Positions 20,901 to 29,374 of a stretch of 33,462 nucleotides of DNA are shown here, piece after piece (the stretch's first letter is position 1; each line of letters begins with the position of its first letter). Both the position numbers and the translations under genes were made by a program. The notes below the pieces were generated by a model that worked only from the letters and a program-made list of their open reading frames with translations, did no database searches and was not told the origin of the DNA. The stretch lies in the IMG/VR virus record IMGVR_UViG_3300044513_003239, positions 1 to 33,462 of that record. The stretch is one strand, 5' to 3'. This stretch comes from a virus (taxonomy: Duplodnaviria > Caudoviricetes).

Positions 20901-23900
20901 TCGAAAGAAACTAGATTGACGGATATTCTTGATTTTAGACCAAGAGTTCCCTATTTTGATGCATCTACAGCTTCAGCATCACCTTTTGATTTTACATCAA
21001 GAACTTTTGGTACTGATCCAAAGCATTTACTCACTCCAAATTCATCATCTTTAATTGGATATGATTATTACTTAGGTAGAATAGATCGTATTTACTTAGA
21101 TAAATTTGGTAACTTTATAGTAGATAAAGGAATTTCTTCATCGAATCCAAAGAAACCAATAAGACTCGATGAAGTGATGGAAATAGCAACCATTACATTA
21201 CCACCATATTTGTATGATCCCTCAGAGGCACTGATATCTCTTGTAGATAACAGAAGATATACAATGAGAGATATTGGAAAAATACAAGAAAGAGTAGAAA
21301 ATTTAGAGAGAATAACATCCCTTTCACTTCTAGAAGTGGATACAAAAACTTTACAAGTTAGGGATGGTGATGGTTTTGATAGATTCAAGAGTGGATTCTT
21401 CGTTGATGATTTTAAAAACAACAGTTTTATTGATCAACAATATTCTTCTATTGAAGTTGATCAGGAAAATAATGTATTGAGACCTATTGTTTCTAGAAAT
21501 GCATTAAAGAGTCAGATTGCACCAAAATCTAATACAACAGATGAAAACCTTGATTTAAGCACAGATTTTGATTTGCTAGATCCAAACGTTAAAAAATCTG
21601 ATCAATTTATAACACTAAATTACGACCAGATTGGTTGGATAGAACAACCAATTGCTACTAGAGTTGAAAATGTAAATCCATTCCATGTTATTCAATACAT
21701 AGGTACGATTGATTTACAACCAAGTTCGGATAGTTGGACAAGAACTATTAGACTTAACGATAGAATTACAAGGAGAACTGTAGTAAATGTCAATAGATCT
21801 GTTAATAGATCTGTAAGTGGATCTGGAGCAGCTCAGAGAGTTAGTACAAGTGTTTCTGAATCTTCAAGCTCTTCTGTATCAATAACAAGTAAAGATGTTC
21901 TTCTTTCTAGTGGAACCGAAAGGTTCATGAGATCTAGAAACACAGAATTCAAATCTTCTAACCTAAGACCACTTACAAGATATTATCAGTTTTTTGATGG
22001 AAATGGGTCTGTAGATTTTATACCAAAGTTAGTTGAGATATCTGTAGACAGAGAATTGCAAGATTTTGGATCTAGTGGGGTCTTCCAAGTTGGAGAAACT
22101 GTAGTTGGATCTGTTAATGGTAAGGCATTGATCAAATTTAGAGTTGCATCTTCAAATCACAAATACGGTGCCTATAATAATCCATCAACAACATTTAATA
22201 TAAACCCATATTATAAAGAAGAAAATATTCCACCAAATTATAGTGGATCTTCTAAAGTATTGAATATTGATACATATTCCTTGTCGGAAGAGGCTCAAGG
22301 AAAATATTATGGATATTTGACTAAGGGTATGCAATTAACTGGGCAGACAAGTGGAGCTGTTTCATTTGTTAAGGACTTGAGATTGGTCTCTGATAATTAT
22401 GGTGATTTAATTGGATCCTTCTTCTTGAGAGATCCACACACAAGCCCACCACCATCTGTAAGAATAGGAACAGGAACAAAGACTTACAAACTAACAAGTA
22501 GTTCTACAAACCAGACACCTATTCGTGGAAGCAAACTAATTTCTTCTGCAGAAACTGTCTATAGATCGGAAGGAACTTGGGAAACAAAGCAAATACAAAC
22601 AGACATATTAACAACTATTACCAGAAATATTAATATAACAGAGCGTGTTCAAAGGTATGATCCACTAGCACAGACATTTACTGTTGGAAATAATCCAGGA
22701 GAAAGTGGAAGTGATATTCTAAGTGTTGAAGATACTAATGGATGTTTCTTAACATCTGTAGATTTATTCTTTGCAAATAAAGATTCTATAGCACCTTTGA
22801 CTGTAGAAATTAGAACAGTTGAATTGGGAACACCAACTTTAACAAGAGTAGGAAAACCAAAGGTACTGAGACCAGACCAAATCAATGTTTCTTCAGATGC
22901 ATCAATTGCTACAAATGTAGTATTTGACTATCCAATATTCCTTCCACCTGGAAATCAATATGCAATTGTTTTATTAGCACCTGAAAGTATTCAATACGAA
23001 GCATGGATTGCCGAGATGGGAGAAAAATCTGTAAATAGCAGATTACTCTCAGATGCTGAGAGTGTAAGATATACGAAACAATTCGCTATCGGTAGATTGT
23101 ACAAGTCTCAAAATGGAGCAGAGTGGTCCGCAAATGATTATCAAGATCTAAAATTCAAACTGTATAAAGCACAGTTTACTACCACACCTGGAACGGTAAC
23201 ATTCTATAATCCATCACTTGATGAAAGTAATGGATACTCACAAAATCTATTTGAAAATGGTATTATTTCAAGATCTAAAAAATTATCTATTGGTATTGTA
23301 ACAACAAGCAACTCAGCTGTGACTGGAATACTGACCGAAGGAAGAAAAGTTGGTGAAAGTGTAAAAACTTCAAATTATGGATATATTGTTGGTACTGGAA
23401 GTTCTGTTGCATCTGTAGGAGTATCTACAAATGGTACAAATTATAGTGGTTCTTCACAGTCAAATGTAAGTACATTTGCTATAACAGGAAGTGGAACAGG
23501 ACTAACATTAGATCTAACAATTAGTTCTGGAGAAGTTACTGGAGCAACAATTGTAAATCGTGGTAATGGTTACGGTATTGGTGACCTTGTTGGTATAGTA
23601 ACATCAACTGCCGGAAATACTGGAAGTGGAGCGGAAATAACAGTTACCGGATCTAATGGAATTGATACCCTTTATCTCGATAGAGTTCAAGGACAATCAT
23701 TTACTGTTGGTTCTCAATTGAGATATTTTGATAATAGTGGAGTTCCAGTTTCTTTAGCATCAACAACTGTTACGTCTTCCACATCTTATGGAAATGAAGA
23801 TTTTGGAAATGCATTTAGAATAGATCATTTCAATCATGGAATGTACTCTTCTAACAACAAAGTAAAACTTAGTGGTGTTGATTCTAGTGAGGCACCAACT

Positions 23901-25154
23901 ACTTTAGTTGCACCAATATTAACTGGAGACACTGTTATCAGTATTGCAAATACTTCCATATTCTCAACATTTGAAGGTATAGGAATTGGTGCATCAAACC
24001 TCGGATATATTAAAATTGAAGACGAAATAATTGGATATGAAACAGTTTCTAGTGGAAACCTTGAGGCACTTTACAGAGGGGTTGATGGTACTATACCAGT
24101 CGATCATCCATCAGGATCAGTAGTTTCAAAATATGAATTGAATGGCGTTTCTCTAAGAAGAATAAACACAACTCATGATATAAGCAATTTTGGAAATGAT
24201 ATCTATGGATATTATGTAGAATTTGATAGATCTGATTCTTCCAATAATGCTACTGATAGAAGTTCTGATGGATCAATGATTGGAATTCCTCAACTTTCAT
24301 TCAATAAAACATCAGCATCTGGAGGATCTGATATATATGCAACAGAAAATATTCTTTATGATACTGTTGTTCCTTCATATAGAACTTTAACTCCTGGTCA
24401 AACCTCAGTAACTGGATCTATAAGATCTATTTCCGGAACTAGTGTTGACGGTAACGAAGTTTCATTCAATGATTTGGGATATGAATCTGTAGAGTTAAAT
24501 GCTCCAAACAAATTGAGTTCTGTAAGAGCAGTTTGTTCAAAAATTAATGAGACAACATATCTCAATAATTTACCAAGAAATAAGTCATTTACAACGGAAT
24601 TGACTTTATCAACTCCAGACAAAAATATTTCGCCAATGATTGATTTGGATAATTCTTTCACAGAATTTAGAACGAGTTTACTTACTAAACCAGTTGGAAA
24701 TTATGTAAATGATAGATTAACAAATACTTTTGATAACGATCCACATATTGCTACTTATGTTAGCAATGAAATTAGACTCAATCAACCTGCAACATCACTC
24801 AAAGTTATTTTAGGTGTAGACAGACCAGAGTCTGCGGATATCAGAGTTCTTTATAGTTTAATTAGACCAGATTCTAGTGAAATTAAACAGACATTTGAAC
24901 TATTCCCTGGATATGATAATTTAACAATCGATTTAGACGGTGATGGTTATCTTGATGTTATTGATGAATCTAAAAATAGTGGTAGGTCTGATGTTTTTGT
25001 TCCAGCGAGTGTAAATGGGGAATTTTTAGAATACCAATTTACTGCAAGTAATCTTGGATTCTTCAATGGATATAGAATTAAGATTGTTATGTCCGGAACA
25101 GATCAGTCAAATCCACCATCAATAAAAGACCTAAGAACAATAGCATTAGTATGA
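17907..25154 (+). CDS. Large virion structural protein, VrlC/DUF4815-like, 2415 aa
   Basis: N-terminal NLNISPYYDDFD...FYKVLFNPGRPVQARELTTLQSILQNQ, plus NRRYTMRDIGKI, RFKSGFFVDDF, DPLAQTF and YKSQNGAEWS...DLKFKLYKAQF, are characteristic of this family that follows gp8 in cyanomyoviruses. Confidence 0.8.
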   Translation: MAQNTNLNISPYYDDFDASKQFYKVLFNPGRPVQARELTTLQSILQNQVETFGSHIFKEGSMVIPGGITFDPEFYAVKVNTKNFGVDVTLYLKELVGKKITGENSGVNAVVQYVQLQNNEVEYPTLYVKYLNSNNDFEIGQFLDSENITCEEEIVYGNTTIDSGIPVASLINLNATSVGSSASISDGVYFIRGCFVNVGKETIILDYYSSSPSYRVGLKINEEIITAKNDDTLYDNAKGFTNFASPGADRFKISTNLIKKELDDLDDTNFVELMRVGDGQIKKIQPKESQYAFIRDYLAKRTYDESGDYSVDPFSISIHDSLNDRLGNDGLFFDGEKTNQENAPTEDLACFKLSPGKAYVRGYDISKSETTIIDVEKPRKTETRFRVNVPFEMGNILRINNVSGVAQSKQTISLYNKFKNSTTAPNGHKIGEARVYNFKVTDSKYSGPSTRWDLFLYDVQTYTEILLNQSLSTTDLPASSFVKGKSSGASGYAVYSGNDSTTITLRQTSGTFIRGEQLLINGVESNVRSVVKIKAFNTSDIKSVYQASDSGSGFPYAFLANADLDRITPKGFSSFDKITISADDGFGNCSVTASGKSFLGISTDSVIRYQRPGLDDETFSRVSGVSLDGKTLTISELDSVAGIFTGQSPGAELQTAFSLGVAKIRNEDRGFLYAELPNKNISSLDLSDSNLVVTKQITGESTDGSGVLSFTDSQLTGISSAFFSAFDVEKYSVHYSSGGIGTVTSDQFVLSDNNVTINGLDASQSDVVVNVSVIKNGVQSKVKTYTRSKTINVNYSKYSHSGSGISNTFNDGLTYNKYYGLRVQDEEISLNYPDVSNILAVYESYNDQNPTIDTIQLSSTANVDDNAIIGENIIGENGAYARVVSKPSANTLGIVYLNQSRFSQYEDVVFEESNISTEVEQITIGSYKDITSNYILDEGQKDQYYDYSRLIRKKNIAEPSNRLMVIFDHYTVPSNDDGDLFTVLSYPKNKYKDVSKIESKETRLTDILDFRPRVPYFDASTASASPFDFTSRTFGTDPKHLLTPNSSSLIGYDYYLGRIDRIYLDKFGNFIVDKGISSSNPKKPIRLDEVMEIATITLPPYLYDPSEALISLVDNRRYTMRDIGKIQERVENLERITSLSLLEVDTKTLQVRDGDGFDRFKSGFFVDDFKNNSFIDQQYSSIEVDQENNVLRPIVSRNALKSQIAPKSNTTDENLDLSTDFDLLDPNVKKSDQFITLNYDQIGWIEQPIATRVENVNPFHVIQYIGTIDLQPSSDSWTRTIRLNDRITRRTVVNVNRSVNRSVSGSGAAQRVSTSVSESSSSSVSITSKDVLLSSGTERFMRSRNTEFKSSNLRPLTRYYQFFDGNGSVDFIPKLVEISVDRELQDFGSSGVFQVGETVVGSVNGKALIKFRVASSNHKYGAYNNPSTTFNINPYYKEENIPPNYSGSSKVLNIDTYSLSEEAQGKYYGYLTKGMQLTGQTSGAVSFVKDLRLVSDNYGDLIGSFFLRDPHTSPPPSVRIGTGTKTYKLTSSSTNQTPIRGSKLISSAETVYRSEGTWETKQIQTDILTTITRNINITERVQRYDPLAQTFTVGNNPGESGSDILSVEDTNGCFLTSVDLFFANKDSIAPLTVEIRTVELGTPTLTRVGKPKVLRPDQINVSSDASIATNVVFDYPIFLPPGNQYAIVLLAPESIQYEAWIAEMGEKSVNSRLLSDAESVRYTKQFAIGRLYKSQNGAEWSANDYQDLKFKLYKAQFTTTPGTVTFYNPSLDESNGYSQNLFENGIISRSKKLSIGIVTTSNSAVTGILTEGRKVGESVKTSNYGYIVGTGSSVASVGVSTNGTNYSGSSQSNVSTFAITGSGTGLTLDLTISSGEVTGATIVNRGNGYGIGDLVGIVTSTAGNTGSGAEITVTGSNGIDTLYLDRVQGQSFTVGSQLRYFDNSGVPVSLASTTVTSSTSYGNEDFGNAFRIDHFNHGMYSSNNKVKLSGVDSSEAPTTLVAPILTGDTVISIANTSIFSTFEGIGIGASNLGYIKIEDEIIGYETVSSGNLEALYRGVDGTIPVDHPSGSVVSKYELNGVSLRRINTTHDISNFGNDIYGYYVEFDRSDSSNNATDRSSDGSMIGIPQLSFNKTSASGGSDIYATENILYDTVVPSYRTLTPGQTSVTGSIRSISGTSVDGNEVSFNDLGYESVELNAPNKLSSVRAVCSKINETTYLNNLPRNKSFTTELTLSTPDKNISPMIDLDNSFTEFRTSLLTKPVGNYVNDRLTNTFDNDPHIATYVSNEIRLNQPATSLKVILGVDRPESADIRVLYSLIRPDSSEIKQTFELFPGYDNLTIDLDGDGYLDVIDESKNSGRSDVFVPASVNGEFLEYQFTASNLGFFNGYRIKIVMSGTDQSNPPSIKDLRTIALV

Positions 25155-25366
25155 TGATTCCAGTAGAGGGAAATCCAAATCTTTTTAGAGATGAAAAAAC
25201 AGGTGCTATAATAAATTGTGATAAATCTTCTTATGAACAGCACCTGTTGATGAAACAAAAAAGAGATTTGCAAAAAGTTGAAATTGAAGATTTAAAAAAT
25301 GAAATTTCTGAAATAAAATCTTTACTAAAGGAGTTATTGAATCAAGATGGACCCATCAAAAATTAA
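25151..25366 (+). CDS. Small coiled-coil hypothetical protein, 71 aa
   Basis: ATGA overlap with the upstream stop. VEGNPNLFRDEKTGAIIN N-terminus, then a heptad pattern IEDLKNEISEIKSLLKELL. Confidence 0.8.
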   Translation: MMIPVEGNPNLFRDEKTGAIINCDKSSYEQHLLMKQKRDLQKVEIEDLKNEISEIKSLLKELLNQDGPIKN

Positions 25367-25523
25367 TTTAGATAGTTTTTCAAAATTATTTGAATATGAA
25401 AAACTTGCTAGGGAAATTGATAGTTGTGATGATATTGAAAAATTGAAAGATATTGCAAAATCTTATATAAAATTATATTTTGCGCAGCAAGAAACTTTAT
25501 CTACACTAGGTATTAAACCATAG
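25347..25523 (+). CDS. NblA-like small helical protein, 58 aa (MDPSKINLDSFSKLFEYEKLAREIDSCDDIEKLKDIAKSYIKLYFAQQETLSTLGIKP); not in ORF track
   Basis: AAGGAG at 25328-25333, ATG at 25347, TAG at 25521-25523; fills an otherwise empty gap. Its size and two-helix L....K.FE.EK..R.ID...D.E.LK..AK...KL...Q pattern resemble viral NblA. The ORF is likely real; the NblA call is moderate. Confidence 0.6.
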   Translation: MDPSKINLDSFSKLFEYEKLAREIDSCDDIEKLKDIAKSYIKLYFAQQETLSTLGIKP

Positions 25524-25531
25524 TATAAATA
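25524..25531 (+). promoter_or_regulatory. T4 late promoter TATAAATA
   Basis: Exact consensus immediately after the 58-aa ORF stop, 29 nt before the ATG at 25561. Confidence 0.85.
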
Positions 25532-25560
25532 GACAGTAGATGTAATTATTATAGTTATAA

Positions 25561-25902
25561 ATGGCTGCGGTATACACCAGCAATCTAGTTATCAATTGTG
25601 GAACTGATTTTAGTCAGACTTTCACTCTTGAAGACACGGACTCAAATTCTGCTTATGATCTTACTGGGTCAACGGCAACTGCCCAAATGAGAAAACATGC
25701 AGGTAGTTCTACTGCTACTGATTTTAGTGTCTCTATAGTTCTACCCGCTGATGAAGGGAAGATTATATTATCTTTGTCTTCTACCGAAACTACTAATCTA
25801 AAACCGGGAAGATATGTCTATGATGTTGTTGTTACAGGGGCTATAACTAAAACTAGAGTTGTTGAGGGTATGGTTTTAGTAAGAGAAGGGGTTACTAGGT
25901 AA
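25561..25902 (+). CDS. Ig-like/BppU N-terminal-like virion structural protein, 113 aa
   Basis: NLVINCGTDFSQTFTL...YDLTGSTATAQMRKH...GKIILSLSSTET..LKPGRYVYDVVV...TRVVEG pattern of phage BppU_N-like domains. Confidence 0.65.
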   Translation: MAAVYTSNLVINCGTDFSQTFTLEDTDSNSAYDLTGSTATAQMRKHAGSSTATDFSVSIVLPADEGKIILSLSSTETTNLKPGRYVYDVVVTGAITKTRVVEGMVLVREGVTR

Positions 25903-26309
25903 TGTCTATAAGAGTTAAAACCACAACTAGTAATGTTTCAGTTAGAGTTGGACAAGAAAATGCAGTTAAAGTCTTATCCAGTGCTGCCGGAGGACTTGAT
26001 TATGCATCAAATTCTGGAACTGCAATAAATGTAATAGGTGGAATAGCTTCAGTATCTCAACTCAATGTTAGTGGAATATCTACTTTCACTGGTATAACAT
26101 CCTTTACTTCATCATCATCAGTTAAAGTATTCGGATCTCTAAATTTCCCAAATGGGAATATTATATCTGTTCCATATTTGGATTTAAATAAAAATATTAA
26201 ATTTACAGAAACTGCTGCAACTCCAAAAATAAACCAGTCTTTTAATATATTGACTAATTCTGGTACAGATCTTTATTGGACAAATGCTTTAGATGGAGGT
26301 ACTTACTGA
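25902..26309 (+). CDS. Short fibre-like structural protein, 135 aa
   Basis: TAATG coupling. Contains an IGGIASVSQLNVSGISTFTG unit and the C-terminal LDGGTY, both typical of cyanophage fibre proteins. Confidence 0.6.
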   Translation: MSIRVKTTTSNVSVRVGQENAVKVLSSAAGGLDYASNSGTAINVIGGIASVSQLNVSGISTFTGITSFTSSSSVKVFGSLNFPNGNIISVPYLDLNKNIKFTETAATPKINQSFNILTNSGTDLYWTNALDGGTY

Positions 26310-27154
26310 TGGCTAAACCAGCAACGAGGCAGCAATTAATTGATTATTGTCTTCGAAGACTTGGAGCTCCAGTTTTAGAAATTAACGTTGATGATGATCA
26401 AATAGACGATCTTGTGGATGACGCTCTTCAATACTTCCAGGAACGTCATTTTGATGGTGTTGAGAGAATGTATTTAAAATATAAAATAACTCAAGACGAT
26501 CTTGATAGGGGAAGAGCAAAAAATACTGATGGTGTTGGAATTGTAACTACGACTGCAACTTCTACTACGGTTGAAAATTATGGATCTGTAGTATCAAATT
26601 TTTACGAAAGTTCTAATTTCATACAGATACCAGATTCAGTAATTGGTATTGAAAAGATATTTAAATTTGATACAAGTTCAATATCTGGTGGAATGTTTAG
26701 TATTAAATACCAGCTATTTTTAAATGACTTATATTACTTTAACTCTGTAGAACTGCTTCAGTATTCTATGGTTAAAAGTTATCTTGAAGATATTGATCAC
26801 CTTTTAACTACGGATAAGCAACTTAGATACAATAAAAGACAGGATAGATTGTATCTAGATATTGACTGGGGATCACAGTCATTAGATACATATTTTGTAA
26901 TCGATTGTTATAGAATTTTAGATCCAGATACTTATACTGGTGTTTATAATGATAGCTTCTTGAAAATGTATCTAACAGCATTGATTAAACGTCAATGGGG
27001 ACAAAACTTAATTAAGTTTAGAGGAGTTAAGCTTCCTGGCGGAATCGAACTCAATGGTAGAGAATTATATGAGGATGCTGAAAGAGAACTGGAATCTATA
27101 AGACAGAGAATGAATACGGATTATGAATTACCACCCTTCGATCTTATTGGATAA
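26309..27154 (+). CDS. gp13: Neck protein gp13, 281 aa
   Basis: Start corrected to 26309 (TGATG overlap, GGAGG at 26295-26299). MAKPATRQQLIDYCLRRLGAPVLEINVDDDQ and ALIKRQWGQNLIKFRGVKLPGGIELNG are gp13 motifs. Confidence 0.93.
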   Translation: MAKPATRQQLIDYCLRRLGAPVLEINVDDDQIDDLVDDALQYFQERHFDGVERMYLKYKITQDDLDRGRAKNTDGVGIVTTTATSTTVENYGSVVSNFYESSNFIQIPDSVIGIEKIFKFDTSSISGGMFSIKYQLFLNDLYYFNSVELLQYSMVKSYLEDIDHLLTTDKQLRYNKRQDRLYLDIDWGSQSLDTYFVIDCYRILDPDTYTGVYNDSFLKMYLTALIKRQWGQNLIKFRGVKLPGGIELNGRELYEDAERELESIRQRMNTDYELPPFDLIG

Positions 27155-28572
27155 TGGCTTTAAATCCCTTCTTTTTACAAGGTTCTCCAGGAGAACAGAG
27201 GTTAATACAAGAACTAATAAATGAGCAACTCAAAATTTATGGAGTTGAAGTCATTTATATTCCTAGAAAATATGTAAGAAGAGAAAGTATTATTGAAGAA
27301 GTAACGACATCAAAATTTGACGATAATTTTGGTATTGAAGCGTATGTTAATAATTATGAGGGATATAGTGGTGCAGGAGATGTACTCACTAAATTTGGTA
27401 TGAGTTTAAGGGATGAATTAAGTCTCATCATATCAAAAGAAAGATTTGAAGATTTTATTGGTTCTTTCTTAGACAATCTTCCAGAAAGTGAAACTGGTGG
27501 AGTATCTGCTAGACCAAGAGAAGGAGATGTAATTTACTTTCCCCTTGGTAAAAGATTATTTGAAGTAAAATTTGTTGAGCATGAAAAACCATTTTATCAA
27601 CTAGGAAAAACTTACGTTTATGAACTTCAATGTGAACTCTTCGAATATGAAGATGAAATGGGTGGATGGGATAATCTTAATACAACCACAGATGAGATAG
27701 ATTCAACTTTAGAAAATTTTGGATACATTACAACTTTACAATTATTTGGTGCTGGGCAACAAGCTGAGGTTGTTGTTTTTGGGTATGAAGGGGGTCTTAG
27801 GGAAGTTATTTTATCTAATGATGGATATGGATATACTGAGGTACCAACAGTTTCAATAGAACCTTCTGGTAATGGTTCGGGAACAAACGCAGAAGCTGTA
27901 GCAATTACAACAAGTGTTAATGGTACATATTCCGTTAAGGAAATATTACTCACTAATCCTGGTCTTGGTTATACATTCATACCAGAAATAACTATTTCTG
28001 GTGGAAATGGTGTTGGAGCAGCTGCTACAGCTATTGTAAATAGTATTGATGAGGAAGAAAATTATTCACATGTTGGAGTAATTGTAATCTTAAATGCAGG
28101 ATCTGGATATCCATCAGAACCAGTATTAACTTTCTCGGATCCGCAACCAGGTATAGGGATTACGGCTACTGGAAGAGTTGCAATAACTACTACAGGTTCA
28201 ATTTCTCAGGTTTTAATTACCAATACTGGATATGGTTATACCGATTCAATAACTGCAACAGTTGCACTACCACCAATAACAGCAGGTATTGGAACATTCC
28301 AATTCAATGAGGTTGTGACCGGTTCTATTTCTGGAGCTACTGGTAGAGTTAAAACATGGGATAAAGATACTTCTATCCTCAAAATAGGAACTACAAATGG
28401 CGATTTTGTTCCAGGAGATGTTATTGTTGGATCGGCATCTTCAGCAACTTATAGTGTACATTATGAAATAAGTGCTAAATTTACTGATAAATATGAACAG
28501 AATGATGAAATCGAAGAAGAAGCGGATCTCATTGTAGATTTCACAGAATCAAATCCTTTTGGTAACTATTAA
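27154..28572 (+). CDS. gp14: Neck protein gp14 with inserted beta-repeat region, 472 aa
   Basis: MALNPFF, EQRLIQELINEQLKIYGVEVIYIPR, PREGDVIYFP, FEVKFVEHEKPFYQLGKTYVYELQCELFEY, C-terminal DFTESNPFG; follows gp13. Confidence 0.9.
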   Translation: MALNPFFLQGSPGEQRLIQELINEQLKIYGVEVIYIPRKYVRRESIIEEVTTSKFDDNFGIEAYVNNYEGYSGAGDVLTKFGMSLRDELSLIISKERFEDFIGSFLDNLPESETGGVSARPREGDVIYFPLGKRLFEVKFVEHEKPFYQLGKTYVYELQCELFEYEDEMGGWDNLNTTTDEIDSTLENFGYITTLQLFGAGQQAEVVVFGYEGGLREVILSNDGYGYTEVPTVSIEPSGNGSGTNAEAVAITTSVNGTYSVKEILLTNPGLGYTFIPEITISGGNGVGAAATAIVNSIDEEENYSHVGVIVILNAGSGYPSEPVLTFSDPQPGIGITATGRVAITTTGSISQVLITNTGYGYTDSITATVALPPITAGIGTFQFNEVVTGSISGATGRVKTWDKDTSILKIGTTNGDFVPGDVIVGSASSATYSVHYEISAKFTDKYEQNDEIEEEADLIVDFTESNPFGNY

Positions 28573-29369
28573 TGTTAGGAACTTATTACTATCACCAAAT
28601 TATAAGAAAAACTATTATTTCTTTTGGTACTATATTTAATCAAATTTCCATTAAGCATAAAGATGGTGATGGTGATATTTACAACGAAATGAGGGTTCCT
28701 TTAGCATATGGTCCTACCCAAAAGTTTCTTGCCCGTATCGATCAGCAAGGGGACTTGAACAAACCAGTTCAGATAACTCTTCCAAGAATGTCATTTGAGA
28801 TGACTTCTATTCAATATGATTCTTCAAGAAAAGTTGGCGTTACTCAAACTTTTAAAGCTTCTGATGGAACTAATCTCAAGAAGGTATTCATGCCTGTTCC
28901 GTACAACATTGGATTTGAATTAAATATCCTTTGCAAATTAAATGATGACGCCCTACAAATAGTCGAACAGATTTTACCATATTTCCAACCATCATTCAAT
29001 CTGAGTGTTGATCTTGTAGAGTCTATTGGAGAGAAAAGAGACATTCCACTAACATTAGACAATATTTCATTCCAAGATGATTATGAAGGAGATTTCTCTA
29101 CTAGAAGAGCATTAATTTACACTTTAAACTTTACTGCTAAAACATATCTGTTTGGTCCTGTCGCAGATACAACAGATGGTCTCATCAAAAAAGTTCAAGT
29201 GGATTATCACTCTGGAGTTGATACAACAACTTCTAAGAGAGAAATGAGATATACAGTTGTTCCAGATCCTATTGATGCTGGTCCAGATGATGACTTTGGA
29301 TTTAGTGGTGAATTAAGTTTCTTCCAGGATTCTAAGACTTATAGCCCAACACAACAAATTGATATCTAA
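28572..29369 (+). CDS. gp15: Tail sheath stabilizer / tail completion protein gp15, 265 aa
   Basis: MLGTYYYHQIIRKTIISFGTIFN, VPLAYGPTQKFLAR, LPRMSFE, PVPYNIGFEL, QIVEQILPYFQP. Confidence 0.95.
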   Translation: MLGTYYYHQIIRKTIISFGTIFNQISIKHKDGDGDIYNEMRVPLAYGPTQKFLARIDQQGDLNKPVQITLPRMSFEMTSIQYDSSRKVGVTQTFKASDGTNLKKVFMPVPYNIGFELNILCKLNDDALQIVEQILPYFQPSFNLSVDLVESIGEKRDIPLTLDNISFQDDYEGDFSTRRALIYTLNFTAKTYLFGPVADTTDGLIKKVQVDYHSGVDTTTSKREMRYTVVPDPIDAGPDDDFGFSGELSFFQDSKTYSPTQQIDI

Positions 29370-29374
29370 TAAGT

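Noticed and set aside
4378-25154. Inteins, introns or homing endonucleases as an explanation of the giant ORFs
   Set aside because: No intein splice motifs, LAGLIDADG/HNH/GIY-YIG signatures or frame breaks seen; length is explained by beta-repeat modules.
26276-26308. Track start of gp13 at 26276
   Set aside because: The gp13 family N-terminus (MAKP..RQQLIDY), SD GGAGG and TGATG coupling all point to 26309.
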